Shown here: positions 19,905 through 30,297 of the stretch, piece by piece
How the letters are laid out: every line of letters begins with the position of its first letter
How positions within the stretch are numbered: the stretch's first letter is position 1
NCBI GenBank assembly: GCA_051531975.1
Contig: JAOPTT010000013.1
Location: 64,001-128,000, forward strand
Length of the DNA stretch: 64,000 nt
Direction of reading: 5' to 3'
Origin: Spirochaetaceae bacterium
Lineage (GTDB): Bacteria; Spirochaetota; Spirochaetia; DSM-2461
Notes under the pieces: model-generated
Databases searched by the model: none
The model's input: the letters and a program-made list of their open reading frames with translations, nothing else
What the model was told of the DNA's origin: nothing
Translations under genes and position numbers: made by a program

Positions 19905-22178
19905 ATGAAAAAATGTATATATGAAGATCCCAGAAAACTTAGAAATATAGATATAGATACAGATGTTGTTGTTGTAGGAGGTGGTCTTGCAGGTGTTTGT
20001 ACTGCAATCACAGCTGCAAGAACCGGTATAAAAGTTACCCTAATACAAGATAGACCTGTTTTAGGAGGTAATGCTTCAAGCGAAGTTAGACTTTGGGCTC
20101 TTGGGGCAACCTCACATATGGGAAATAACAATAGGTGGGCCCGTGAAGGTGGAGTAATTGATGAGATTGCTGTAGAAAATCTTCATAGAAACAAAGAAGG
20201 TAATCCTGTTTTATTTGATATGGTACTACTTGATAAAGTATATGCAGAAAAAAATATTACTCTACTTTTAGATTCAGCTGTTTTTCAAGCTGAATTTGAG
20301 GAAAATGGTAATATTAAATCTGTTAAGGCTTTTTGTAGTCAAAATGCAATAATGTATAATGTATCTGCTCCATATTTTTGTGACTCATCTGGTGATGGTA
20401 TCCTAGGTTATTTAGCAGGAGCTCCCTATAGAATAGGTGCTGAGGATAGTTCAGAATTTAATGAACCTATTGCTCCAGACGTTTCATACGGAGAGCTACT
20501 TGGCCATAGTATTTATTTTTATACTAAAGATACTGGTTCACCTATAGAGTATGTCGCGCCTGATATTGCACTAAAGGATATTACAAAAGTTCCCAGGTTT
20601 AATAAAATAAAAGCATCAGATTCTGGTTGTTCGTTTTGGTGGATTGAATATGGAGGAAGGTTAGATACAATACATGATACCTTAGAAATTAAAAAAGAGT
20701 TGTGGAAAGTAGCCTATGGAATATGGGACTATATGAAAAACTCAGGGAGTCTTCCAGAAACAAAAAATCTAACCTTAGAGTGGGTCGGATTAATACCTGG
20801 TAAAAGAGAAAGTCGCCGTTTTGAAGGTGATTATATGCTTAATCAGTCCGATGTAGTAAATCAAAACAAATTTGATGATGCTGTATCATATGGAGGTTGG
20901 GCTATAGACCTACATCCTGCTGATGGAGTTTATTCTGAAAGACCTCCTTGTAATCAGTACCATGGTAAAGCTGTGTATCAAATTCCTTGGAGATGCCTAT
21001 ATAGTAAATCTATCCCTAATTTATTGCTAAATGGCAGACTTATTAGTTCTTCCCACATAGCCTATGGGTCAACAAGAGTCATGATGACAGCAGCTCATAC
21101 AGGTCAGGCAGTTGGTATGGGAATCTCATTATGTATAAAAAACAGTAAAACACCACGAGAATTATTAGAAGAGGATTCTATGGTAGAGTTCCAGAAAGAA
21201 CTTATCCGAATTGGCCAATTTATTCCTGGTTTAGAAATTTCTGATAAAGATGATCTTATTAAAATTGCAAAAATAACATCATTATCAACTGCTAATATTT
21301 CAGAATTTACAGAATCAGATAATTGGGAATCTTTCAAAGACCCTAGAGCTGTTCTATTACCATTAAATAAAGGTTTTTTACCAAAAATATCGTTTAAAAT
21401 TAGAACAAAAGTTGATCAAAAACTAACAATGCAACTTAGAACATCAATAAAAAGAGGTGGCTATTCACCAGAAAAGATTTTAGATGGACAAATAATAAAT
21501 ATAACTAAAAATTCAGAGGAATATTTTATTCAATTTAATACTAATTTAATTGAGGATGAGTATGTATTTATATGTTTTATTCCTCAATCAGATATGAGTA
21601 TACAGCTATCTAACGATAGGTATCCTGGAATTTTATCAGTATACCATGAATTAAATGAAAAAGTTTCTAAAAGTATGGTACAAAAAGCTCCTGAAGGATC
21701 GGGTTTGAACTCTTTTGAATTCTGGTTACCTCACAGAAGACCATTTGGAGAATTACCATCTTTAAAATTTGATCCGCCAATAACCCCATATTCCACTAAT
21801 TATTTGAAAAATGATCTGGAACGTCCTTACATCAGGTCAAATTCTTGGCTAGGAAATATTAACGAAGATATTTCTTGGGTTAAAGCATCTTGGAAAGAAA
21901 AACAGACTGCTAATAAAATAGTACTTTGTTTTGATACAGATTATGACCATGCAATGGAAACTAGTCAGTTTGGACATCCCGAAAATAACATACCTTTTTG
22001 TGCAAAACACATAATTCTAAGGGATCAGGATAATAATATTATTGTTGAATTAAAAGACAACTATAAAACTAGGATTATTATTAATTTAGATTCAAATTTT
22101 AAGTTTTCTGAGTTAAAACTTGAGATTATAGAAACTAATGGTTATCCAGCTCCATTATATAACATTAGAGTTATTTAA
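19905..22178 (+). CDS. Second FAD-dependent oxidoreductase of the same family, with long C-terminal extension
   Basis: VVGGGLAG, DRPVLGGNASSE, DSSGDG, KRESRR, TRVMMT. Confidence 0.88.
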   Translation: MKKCIYEDPRKLRNIDIDTDVVVVGGGLAGVCTAITAARTGIKVTLIQDRPVLGGNASSEVRLWALGATSHMGNNNRWAREGGVIDEIAVENLHRNKEGNPVLFDMVLLDKVYAEKNITLLLDSAVFQAEFEENGNIKSVKAFCSQNAIMYNVSAPYFCDSSGDGILGYLAGAPYRIGAEDSSEFNEPIAPDVSYGELLGHSIYFYTKDTGSPIEYVAPDIALKDITKVPRFNKIKASDSGCSFWWIEYGGRLDTIHDTLEIKKELWKVAYGIWDYMKNSGSLPETKNLTLEWVGLIPGKRESRRFEGDYMLNQSDVVNQNKFDDAVSYGGWAIDLHPADGVYSERPPCNQYHGKAVYQIPWRCLYSKSIPNLLLNGRLISSSHIAYGSTRVMMTAAHTGQAVGMGISLCIKNSKTPRELLEEDSMVEFQKELIRIGQFIPGLEISDKDDLIKIAKITSLSTANISEFTESDNWESFKDPRAVLLPLNKGFLPKISFKIRTKVDQKLTMQLRTSIKRGGYSPEKILDGQIINITKNSEEYFIQFNTNLIEDEYVFICFIPQSDMSIQLSNDRYPGILSVYHELNEKVSKSMVQKAPEGSGLNSFEFWLPHRRPFGELPSLKFDPPITPYSTNYLKNDLERPYIRSNSWLGNINEDISWVKASWKEKQTANKIVLCFDTDYDHAMETSQFGHPENNIPFCAKHIILRDQDNNIIVELKDNYKTRIIINLDSNFKFSELKLEIIETNGYPAPLYNIRVI

Positions 22179-22184
22179 TAGACT

Positions 22185-22218
22185 AAGTGGGATCTATCAA
22201 TAGATTCCACTTTTTTTT
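22185..22218 (+). terminator. Intrinsic terminator
   Basis: AAGTGGGATCTA-TCAA-TAGATTCCACTT followed by a T-tract. Confidence 0.8.
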
Positions 22219-22229
22219 ATACTCTAAAC

Positions 22230-23537
22230 ATGAAGTATTTTATTCTTTTAATAATAATTCTAATAACTCCTCCTATTTTTTCTTCTAGAAACAGAGAAAA
22301 CAATATCGTTAAACCAGAAATAACCAAGATTATAATTTGGGGAGGAGTACCATATAATGACGGTCCAAAACAAGTTATTCAATTATTTAACAGTGAGTTT
22401 TCCAATCAAGGAATAAAAGCAGAATATAAAAGATATATAAATGATAAACAAGGGAACCTTAAACTTGATGTAACACTACTTGGTGGTGGTGATATTGACC
22501 TCTTTTTTAGTTATGGTTATGAACAATATTCTCGTAGATCAGAGAAAATGGCCCTCAATTTAGGCTCACTTATAACTAATGATAATTATGATATTAAAAA
22601 ATATATTGGTATCTTTGGTAATAAAAAAAGTTTAATAAATGGAGAATATTATGGTCTTGCTAGCAAAACATATAATAATGGATTTCTTGCAAATAAAAAT
22701 ATGTTTGATAGTGCTGGTATAGAAATACCAATAAAATGGAATTGGAATGACTTTTTTAAAACTGTGGGAAAGTTATCCTCAGTTAAGAATGGCGAAAAAA
22801 TATATGGTGCTTATCTTGGGACATTAAATCTTCAAGAAGTACCATTAGAAATGTTGGATTCAGAACTAGGGGCAGATCACTATTATAGAAATAATGGTAA
22901 AAGTGTGGATTTCTCAAATCCAAGATACATAAAAGTATTAAATCAAGTTAAATCACTTATGGGTCAAGGTTTTATGCCTAATCAAGAGTCAGTTATTAAT
23001 CATAAAATCTCTGGGACTCAACTTTTTACCCAGGGTAAAACAGCAATGATTTATGGAACATGGTTAATAAGAGATATAAAAAATAGAGAAAAGTATCCCC
23101 ATGATTTTGTAACAGCCTATGTTCCATTTCCATCAAACTCTAATGGTATTTATTATAATTCTGGTGGTCCTGGTGATATGTTACAAATAAATAAAAACTC
23201 TAAAAAAATAAAAGAATCTTGGTTATTTATTAAATGGTATCTGGAAAAAGGGGTTATGGAGATGGCTCGTTTTGGGAGGATCCCTTTGCACCCTAATTTT
23301 GATATATCTGATGCATCAAAAGGATTATTATCTGGGGATGAGGACCTTTTTCATGTTGAATCTATTAATAATGGATATCTAAAACCATCACAAAATTATT
23401 CTATACCTTTTTATTCATCAACAATTGTATTAGAAATATTAAGGGAAGAGTTGGAAAACTTTTATTTTGGAAATATAACGGCAAAAGAGGCTTTATCTAA
23501 TGCTGAATCTAAGGCTAATACCGCTTTAAATAATTAG
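22230..23537 (+). CDS. Second solute-binding protein, paralog of 14964-16286
   Basis: Shared blocks WGGVP, GNLKLDV, GLASKTYNNGFL, KYPHDFVT, GGPGDM. Confidence 0.9.
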   Translation: MKYFILLIIILITPPIFSSRNRENNIVKPEITKIIIWGGVPYNDGPKQVIQLFNSEFSNQGIKAEYKRYINDKQGNLKLDVTLLGGGDIDLFFSYGYEQYSRRSEKMALNLGSLITNDNYDIKKYIGIFGNKKSLINGEYYGLASKTYNNGFLANKNMFDSAGIEIPIKWNWNDFFKTVGKLSSVKNGEKIYGAYLGTLNLQEVPLEMLDSELGADHYYRNNGKSVDFSNPRYIKVLNQVKSLMGQGFMPNQESVINHKISGTQLFTQGKTAMIYGTWLIRDIKNREKYPHDFVTAYVPFPSNSNGIYYNSGGPGDMLQINKNSKKIKESWLFIKWYLEKGVMEMARFGRIPLHPNFDISDASKGLLSGDEDLFHVESINNGYLKPSQNYSIPFYSSTIVLEILREELENFYFGNITAKEALSNAESKANTALNN

Positions 23538-23550
23538 TATATTTATCAAT

Positions 23551-23577
23551 AAAAAAAGAGGCCAAATGGCCTCTTTT
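23551..23577. terminator. Bidirectional intrinsic terminator
   Basis: AAAAAAAGAGGCCA-AA-TGGCCTCTTTT between convergent genes. Confidence 0.85.
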
Positions 23578-23594
23578 ATCTTAATAAACTGTTT

Positions 23595-24899
23595 CTAATA
23601 ATTAGCTAATAAAAACTTCTCAAGTTCACTATATCTGTTTTCAACTACAGTAGAAACTTTCTCTTTATTTACTAATTTTGAAAGTGCTTCCGGTAGTTGT
23701 GGATTAACACCAATAGATTCCTGAACAACTTCTACAAACTTACCTGGGTGAGCAGTTGATAGAACTAAAGAGTTATAGTTTTTAGCTTCAGCATTAGCTT
23801 TTTGGAATCTCTCAGTAGCTAAAATACCAACAGCAGTATGTGGGTCTAATATTTGACCTCTTTCTAAGTAGTATCTCTGCATTGTTTTTATTGTATCTTC
23901 ATTAGAGACATAGTCACCTTTAATAACCTTTCTAAAGTTATCAACATCAGAATTGAACATAGTCATAAGTCTTTCAAAGTTGCTAGGTGCACCTACATCC
24001 ATAGCATTGGATGGAGTTTGAACTGAGGCTCTTGGGTTATAGTTTCCGGTATCTAAGAACTCAGGAACTGCTTTATTATTATTTGTAGCAGCAATATATT
24101 GTTTTACTGGCAGACCCCAGTTTTTAGCAAATAGACCAGCTGTTAAGTTTCCAAAGTTACCAGATGGAACAGTAAACATTAAATCTGAATTTGGTTTTAA
24201 CTGAGAATAAGCGTAGATATAATATAGTGATTGAGGAACTAACCGACCAATGTTAATTGAGTTAGCAGAAGTAATATTTACTTTAGAACATAAATCTTTA
24301 TTTCCAAAAGCCTCTTTAACCATTTTTTGACAGTCATCAAAAGTTCCTTTAACTTCTAAAGCAGTAATGTTCCCACCTATAGTTGTTAACTGTTTCTCCT
24401 GTAATGGGCTAACCATTCCACTAGGATATAAAATTACAACTTCAATGTTATCTTTACCTTCAAAAGCCTTAGCAACGGCGGATCCAGTATCTCCAGAAGT
24501 TGCTGCTAAAATTACAGCTTTCTCCTTTCTATCACCTAAAAACTCTTCCATAGAAGCAGCTAAAAACGATGCGCCATAATCTTTAAAAGCACATGTAGGT
24601 CCAGTATATAGTTCTAATATACTTATATCTTCGGAAACCCTCATAATTTCAGGTTTAAAGTCAAAGGCATTGTTTATAATTCTTTTGACAGATTCTTTAG
24701 ACGTTTCATCTTTAATTAATTCATATACAATATGTTCAGCAATTGAGTTAAAAGACATTCCGTGACAGCTTTTAATAAAGTCACTCATATCTGGGAATGA
24801 TTCAGGAAAATATAGACCACCCTCCGGAGATAATCCCTGAAAAATTGCATCTTTAAAAATACTCTTATGGTTATGATCTCTTGTACTAAACAGTTTCAT
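23595..24899 (-). CDS. thrC: Threonine synthase
   Basis: GPTCAFKDYGA (PLP lysine), ATSGDTG, NSINIGRL, VPSGNFGN. Confidence 0.95.
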   Translation of the reverse strand: MKLFSTRDHNHKSIFKDAIFQGLSPEGGLYFPESFPDMSDFIKSCHGMSFNSIAEHIVYELIKDETSKESVKRIINNAFDFKPEIMRVSEDISILELYTGPTCAFKDYGASFLAASMEEFLGDRKEKAVILAATSGDTGSAVAKAFEGKDNIEVVILYPSGMVSPLQEKQLTTIGGNITALEVKGTFDDCQKMVKEAFGNKDLCSKVNITSANSINIGRLVPQSLYYIYAYSQLKPNSDLMFTVPSGNFGNLTAGLFAKNWGLPVKQYIAATNNNKAVPEFLDTGNYNPRASVQTPSNAMDVGAPSNFERLMTMFNSDVDNFRKVIKGDYVSNEDTIKTMQRYYLERGQILDPHTAVGILATERFQKANAEAKNYNSLVLSTAHPGKFVEVVQESIGVNPQLPEALSKLVNKEKVSTVVENRYSELEKFLLANY

Positions 24900-24908
24900 A
24901 TATGCTCC

Positions 24909-26279
24909 TTAACCTAAAAAGGTCTTATGTATTGCATTTAAAGCCTTAGCTTTCTGATTTGATTTAACAACTAAAGATATGTTTTTTTCCGTAGAACCCT
25001 GGGCAATTGCCAGAACATTAATTTCATCATTACCTAATGAACTAAAAAGACGACCACTAAAACCTATTCTTCCACGCATATTGTCACCTATTACAGCAAT
25101 AATCTCAAGATCGTTAATAACCTCTATACTTTGTATTTTCTTCTGGTTTAAAGCCTCTTCTAAATCAAGTTCAAGACCCTTTACTGCAGTTTTAACTTCT
25201 GAACTTCTACAAACTATAGATATACTATGTTCACTAGAAGCTTGGGTAATCATTATGATATTAACCCCATAACGTGCTAAAGAATCAAAAATCTTGGAAG
25301 CCATTCCAGGCATACCCATCATTCCCCCACCTTCAATATTTAAAATTGAAACATTATCAATAGAAGCAAGACCAGTAATCTCATTTGGATTTTTTTCAAC
25401 TTTATTAGCTATTAAAGTTCCTGGGGCTGTTGGGTTTAAAGTATTTTTTATATATACAGGTATATTCTTTTCAACTACAGGCAGAAGTGTATATGGGTGA
25501 ATAACTTCAGCACCAAAATATGACATTTCCATTGCTTCAGATACACTTAACTGTGGTATAACATAAGAATGAGAAACAACTCTAGGGTCAGCTGTTAAAA
25601 CACCATCAACATCAGTCCATATTTCTACACTCTCAGCATCTAATGCTCCACCTAATATAGAAGCGGTATAATCACTTCCATTTCTTCCTAAAGTTGTAGT
25701 TATACACTCCTCTGTTGAGGCTATAAAACCAGTAACTATAGCAATACCCTTTCCTGGATCTATTTTTTTATTTATTAAGTCATATGATAATTTAAGATCA
25801 ACATTTGCTGAACCAAAGTTATTATCAGTTTTTATAATTTTTCTTGCATCAACATAATAAGATTTTATACCTACAGAGTTTAAATATTCACTTACTAAAG
25901 TACAGTTCAATCTCTCACCAAAACTTGATATAAAATCTAAACTTCTTGATGAGCACTCTTTAACAAGTTCTACACCATGGAGAATATCTTTTAATTCATC
26001 AATTATTGTAAAGAGTTTTTTTTCTACTTCAGTCATTAAGGTACCAGTAAAAAGTTCTTTTACAGCTACAGTTTGTTTTTCTTTAATACCTTCAAGTGAC
26101 TCTTTATAAGATTTATTTCCATGCTCAGCATATTCTGCGCCTTCTATAAGTAAATTTGTAATACCTTTCATTGCAGAAAGAACAACAACTTGGACATTAT
26201 TACTTAAAATAATATCACAAACACCTTTAATTCTCTTTGAATCAGCTAAACTGCTTCCTCCAAATTTGTAAACTTCCAT
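24909..26279 (-). CDS. Monofunctional aspartate kinase with two ACT domains
   Basis: KFGGSS, TTLGRNGSDY, WTDVDG; ATG 26279 preferred (AGGTG SD) over track GTG 26288. Confidence 0.92.
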   Translation of the reverse strand: MEVYKFGGSSLADSKRIKGVCDIILSNNVQVVVLSAMKGITNLLIEGAEYAEHGNKSYKESLEGIKEKQTVAVKELFTGTLMTEVEKKLFTIIDELKDILHGVELVKECSSRSLDFISSFGERLNCTLVSEYLNSVGIKSYYVDARKIIKTDNNFGSANVDLKLSYDLINKKIDPGKGIAIVTGFIASTEECITTTLGRNGSDYTASILGGALDAESVEIWTDVDGVLTADPRVVSHSYVIPQLSVSEAMEMSYFGAEVIHPYTLLPVVEKNIPVYIKNTLNPTAPGTLIANKVEKNPNEITGLASIDNVSILNIEGGGMMGMPGMASKIFDSLARYGVNIIMITQASSEHSISIVCRSSEVKTAVKGLELDLEEALNQKKIQSIEVINDLEIIAVIGDNMRGRIGFSGRLFSSLGNDEINVLAIAQGSTEKNISLVVKSNQKAKALNAIHKTFLG

Positions 26280-26398
26280 CTTTTTCACCTGTTTATTGAT
26301 CGTATAATATAAAATAATATATTTATTTTTTTTAATCTATCTATAAATACATATTCAATACAATTGACACTGAGTATTTTGGCATGTAAAGTTTCGTT

Positions 26399-27679
26399 AT
26401 GCACAAGTATATAATTGAAGGTAGCTTTCCCATTAGTGGAAAGATCAGAGCCAATGGAAACAAAAACGCAGCACTTCCATGTATTACCGCCGCGTTATTA
26501 ACAGACGAGCCGGTTATTTTGCGGAATATCCCGGAAATAGAAGATGTATTAGTACTTTTTGATATTCTAAGAGAACTTGGATGTAGCGTAGATAAAATTG
26601 GACACCACGCATTTAAAATCCAAACTTTAGATATTAAAACAAGTGAAATACCAGTAGAGATGGCAAAAAAGGTTAGAGCATCAATTCTTTTTGCAGGTCC
26701 ACTACTAGCAAGAACTGGAAAAGCAATCTTTCCACCTCCAGGTGGTGATGTAATTGGCCGTAGAAGGCTAGATACACACTTTATAGCTTTAACTGCTCTA
26801 GGTGCTCAGGTATCTATGGATGGCTTATTTAAGCTAGAAGCAAATAAACTTGTAGGTAAAGATATATTCTTTGATGAACCATCGGTTACTGCAACAGAGA
26901 ATGCAATTATGGCTGCTACTCTAGCAGAAGGAACAACCATATTTAGAAATGTAGCTTCTGAACCCCATGTTCAAGATCTTTGTAACATGATTAATTTAAT
27001 GGGTGGGGATATAACAGGTATAGGTTCAAATACACTAACCATTGTTGGTAAAAAGAAACTTAAAGGGTGTGAATTCGAAATTTGTGCAGACTTTATGGAA
27101 GTTGGTTCCTTAATTGGACTTGCAGCTGTAACCCACGGCGAATTAGAAATAACACATGCAGACCCTCATAATATGAGAAATGCTAAAATGGCATTTAATA
27201 AACTAGGTGTTCACTGGGAACAGGATGAAAATAGTATCTATGTACCATCAAATCAGCCATTAAAAATAATTAGAGATATGGGAAATCAAATACCTATAAT
27301 ATCAAATGGTCCTTGGCCAAACTTCCCACCAGATTTAATGAGTATAATGGTTGTGGTTGCAACTCAAGCTGAAGGAACAGTTCTTATTCATGACAAAATG
27401 TTTGATTCTAGAATGTTTTTTGTAGATAAACTTAATGCTATGGGTGCTGGTATAATTTTATGTGATCCACATAGAGCTGTTGTAAATGGGCCTGGAAAAC
27501 TAAATGCTGCCGATTTAGTATCTCCTGATGTTAGAGCTGGTATGACCATGGTTATTGCAGCATTATGCGCTCAAGGTAAAAGTTCAATTCAGAATGTATA
27601 CCAAATAGAGAGAGGTTACGAAAATATTGCAGAAAGACTTATGGCCTTAGGTGCTAAAATAGAGCGCGTGAAAGAGTAA
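26399..27679 (+). CDS. murA: UDP-N-acetylglucosamine enolpyruvyl transferase
   Basis: GNKNAALP, RASIL, PGGDVIGRR, SVTATEN, IERGYE. Confidence 0.96.
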   Translation: MHKYIIEGSFPISGKIRANGNKNAALPCITAALLTDEPVILRNIPEIEDVLVLFDILRELGCSVDKIGHHAFKIQTLDIKTSEIPVEMAKKVRASILFAGPLLARTGKAIFPPPGGDVIGRRRLDTHFIALTALGAQVSMDGLFKLEANKLVGKDIFFDEPSVTATENAIMAATLAEGTTIFRNVASEPHVQDLCNMINLMGGDITGIGSNTLTIVGKKKLKGCEFEICADFMEVGSLIGLAAVTHGELEITHADPHNMRNAKMAFNKLGVHWEQDENSIYVPSNQPLKIIRDMGNQIPIISNGPWPNFPPDLMSIMVVVATQAEGTVLIHDKMFDSRMFFVDKLNAMGAGIILCDPHRAVVNGPGKLNAADLVSPDVRAGMTMVIAALCAQGKSSIQNVYQIERGYENIAERLMALGAKIERVKE

Positions 27680-28982
27680 CTTTTTTAATAAGTATTATTA
27701 ACCATATAGAAAATATAATTGATACAATAATAATTGATAGGTTTAATCCAGTGAACATAAGGATTAAGCCTATTTTTTTTATAAACCATTTAATTGAAAA
27801 TAGTAAAAAAGATGTATTAAACAGATAGTTAAGATAATCCCTATTTTTCATTCCTAGTTGTGCCATAAAAAAGATAATTATAATTAATGAATAATTGGTT
27901 AATCTAGACAAAATTAATTCTGAAAGTACAATATCTTCAAAATATTTTACATATTTGTTATTAAATACTCTCATATTAAAATGTAAAGAAGATTGTGATA
28001 ACTTGTAAAACTCTTTGGAATAAAGCTTTAAATCTTCTGGATTCATTATGATATCAGGTTTATCTTTATTAATTACAAAAACTTCATTTTCTTTAAAACC
28101 AGATGAAAATAGTTGACCATTTTTATCAATATAAATATATGGGTAATTTTCATTATTAATTTTTAGGTTTTTTATATAATATCCACCATTATTATAAACT
28201 ATTTTCTCAATATAATATTTTTCAAATTTCCCTTTTGTATTATAAAATTTTATATCTGTATATCCAGGTAATTTTAAGGCAGACTCTACAAGATCTATAG
28301 AATAATAATCTTGTAATAAAATGTGGTAACTATTTTTCAATTTTATTATAAAGTCATGATCATATATAACATTGTTTAAATTGTTTAGACTAAAATAATA
28401 AGCATCTAAATACCGTTTCTGGTTTATCATATTTTTATATTTTAATGTCTCTATATATTTAACATTATTTTTTTTAATAGATGCACTTTTTAATTTAGAC
28501 TCAGCATCTTTTTTGATTTTATTTGCTTCAGTAATATTACCTATACCACTTTCCACAACAAAATCAGAGTAAATCCAGGCGCTAGTATACTCTTTTAAAT
28601 CAAGATAATATTTAGCTCTATCAATATTAGACTGAGGTATTTCTACTATAGACTTCTCATTAGTAGAATTATTTGGTTCTATAACCGATCTGTTTTCAGG
28701 TGGATTTAGTATTAGATTATTTATTAAAGATTTTGGATAGAAAACTTCTAATAATAATAGGGTAATACAAATAGCATAGACTGATACAATAACTATACTT
28801 ATAATATTACTATTATGATTTATATAAAAATATAATGTTGCAAATAATAAATTAAAAATTACAAATGATTTACCTATATAAAAAAGACTTAACGATAATA
28901 CTCCACCAGCAATAGCTAATAATAATAAAAAATAAAGTGTTATAGTTAATAAATAAAAAATTAGGGGCTTAAAATATTTCAA
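27654..28982 (-). CDS. Hypothetical membrane protein
   Basis: 442-aa ORF with N- and C-terminal TM clusters; 4-nt overlap with upstream gene. Confidence 0.65.
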   Translation of the reverse strand: MKYFKPLIFYLLTITLYFLLLLAIAGGVLSLSLFYIGKSFVIFNLLFATLYFYINHNSNIISIVIVSVYAICITLLLLEVFYPKSLINNLILNPPENRSVIEPNNSTNEKSIVEIPQSNIDRAKYYLDLKEYTSAWIYSDFVVESGIGNITEANKIKKDAESKLKSASIKKNNVKYIETLKYKNMINQKRYLDAYYFSLNNLNNVIYDHDFIIKLKNSYHILLQDYYSIDLVESALKLPGYTDIKFYNTKGKFEKYYIEKIVYNNGGYYIKNLKINNENYPYIYIDKNGQLFSSGFKENEVFVINKDKPDIIMNPEDLKLYSKEFYKLSQSSLHFNMRVFNNKYVKYFEDIVLSELILSRLTNYSLIIIIFFMAQLGMKNRDYLNYLFNTSFLLFSIKWFIKKIGLILMFTGLNLSIIIVSIIFSIWLIILIKKVTLSRALF

Positions 28983-29602
28983 TGTCTCTCCTTTATATTA
29001 ATTAGAAGAACAAAACTTAATATAATTATTAAAATATTTAGCTGATAATTCCAAATATATAGGTTAAATAAAAATGTTAATATTATAGCTAATACTTTTA
29101 AAATGGTATTAAATTTGAATAATCTGTCTAAACTCACTAAAACTGAAAGATTAAAAAGAAATAGTGAAAATGAAGATAAAGCAATATACTCTTTTATATC
29201 CCAATTATGTACATGGTTATACATTTCTTTAAATTTTATTGATTCTAAAATAAAAATCCCTTGGGTATATACATCATCACGATCTATATGAAAATCAATT
29301 ACACTATTTTTTACAAGCGATACATAATCGTAGTCTATAAAGAAAAAATCAAAAATTACAAATATTAAACAGCAAATAGTACTATGTATAACAACATCTT
29401 TATTAGTTTTACTATGACCATTTAATATATAAATAAACTGAGAAATAAATAGAACGAGACCCATTAATTCATGATATGTATATCTTAGAGTTAAAAGGTA
29501 ATTATCGATTGCAAAATTATTATTAAAAAAAAATATTGAAGTGCTTATAATTAAGAAACTAAAAAATATATAAAGAAGACTCTTTATGGCTAAGTTATTC
29601 AT
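28979..29602 (-). CDS. Hypothetical membrane protein
   Basis: Hydrophobic 207-aa ORF, operonic with the STAS gene. Confidence 0.6.
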   Translation of the reverse strand: MNNLAIKSLLYIFFSFLIISTSIFFFNNNFAIDNYLLTLRYTYHELMGLVLFISQFIYILNGHSKTNKDVVIHSTICCLIFVIFDFFFIDYDYVSLVKNSVIDFHIDRDDVYTQGIFILESIKFKEMYNHVHNWDIKEYIALSSFSLFLFNLSVLVSLDRLFKFNTILKVLAIILTFLFNLYIWNYQLNILIIILSFVLLINIKERH

Positions 29603-29612
29603 TATAGAATAA

Positions 29613-30158
29613 CTAACCTAAGAAAACCTGACCAGTCTTATCAATAGCTAAAATTGTCTTACATTCACTACATCTAAATCGACCAGATTTGCTTGCTTTT
29701 AATTTTTTTGAACATATAGGACATTTAAATATTTTAGGGAAAATAGACTTTTCAGAACTATTTCCACCAGAACTTGAAAAATGTTCAACAGCTTCATCTA
29801 AATTTCTTTTTATATTAAAAAACTTGGAAAAACCTAATAATTGAAAAACTTCAAATACTTTAGGTTGTACATCAATTAGTACTAAATCTCCATTTTTACC
29901 TTTAACTAATTTTAAAAATGCTGTGAATGATCCAATACCTGTACTAGATACATAATTTAATCCACCACACTGAAATATAAGTTTATTAAAACCTGCGTTA
30001 ACTGCTTTAACAACACGCTTCTGAAAAAGATTTGAATTATATGTATCTATGTATCCTGTAAGATAAAGAACTAATGCCTCTTCTCTAACATGAAGATTTA
30101 TTTTTAAACTGTCATCTTTTTCAAGATCGAAACCCTGAATTATGTCATCATTACCCAT
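29613..30158 (-). CDS. STAS anti-sigma-factor antagonist with C-terminal Zn ribbon
   Basis: LNYVSSTGIG STAS motif; CPIC and CSEC; ATG 30158 with AGAGG RBS preferred over 30191. Confidence 0.88.
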   Translation of the reverse strand: MGNDDIIQGFDLEKDDSLKINLHVREEALVLYLTGYIDTYNSNLFQKRVVKAVNAGFNKLIFQCGGLNYVSSTGIGSFTAFLKLVKGKNGDLVLIDVQPKVFEVFQLLGFSKFFNIKRNLDEAVEHFSSSGGNSSEKSIFPKIFKCPICSKKLKASKSGRFRCSECKTILAIDKTGQVFLG

Positions 30159-30297
30159 AGAACCTCTTATTGTTGCTTTTAATAGTACCATTATATACTT
30201 ATTAATTAAAATTAATCTATATAAACGTATTTAATACAAGTTGTTAATCATAGCTTTTTGCTAATTATAACACACTCTTTTATAACTTTCAAACAAA

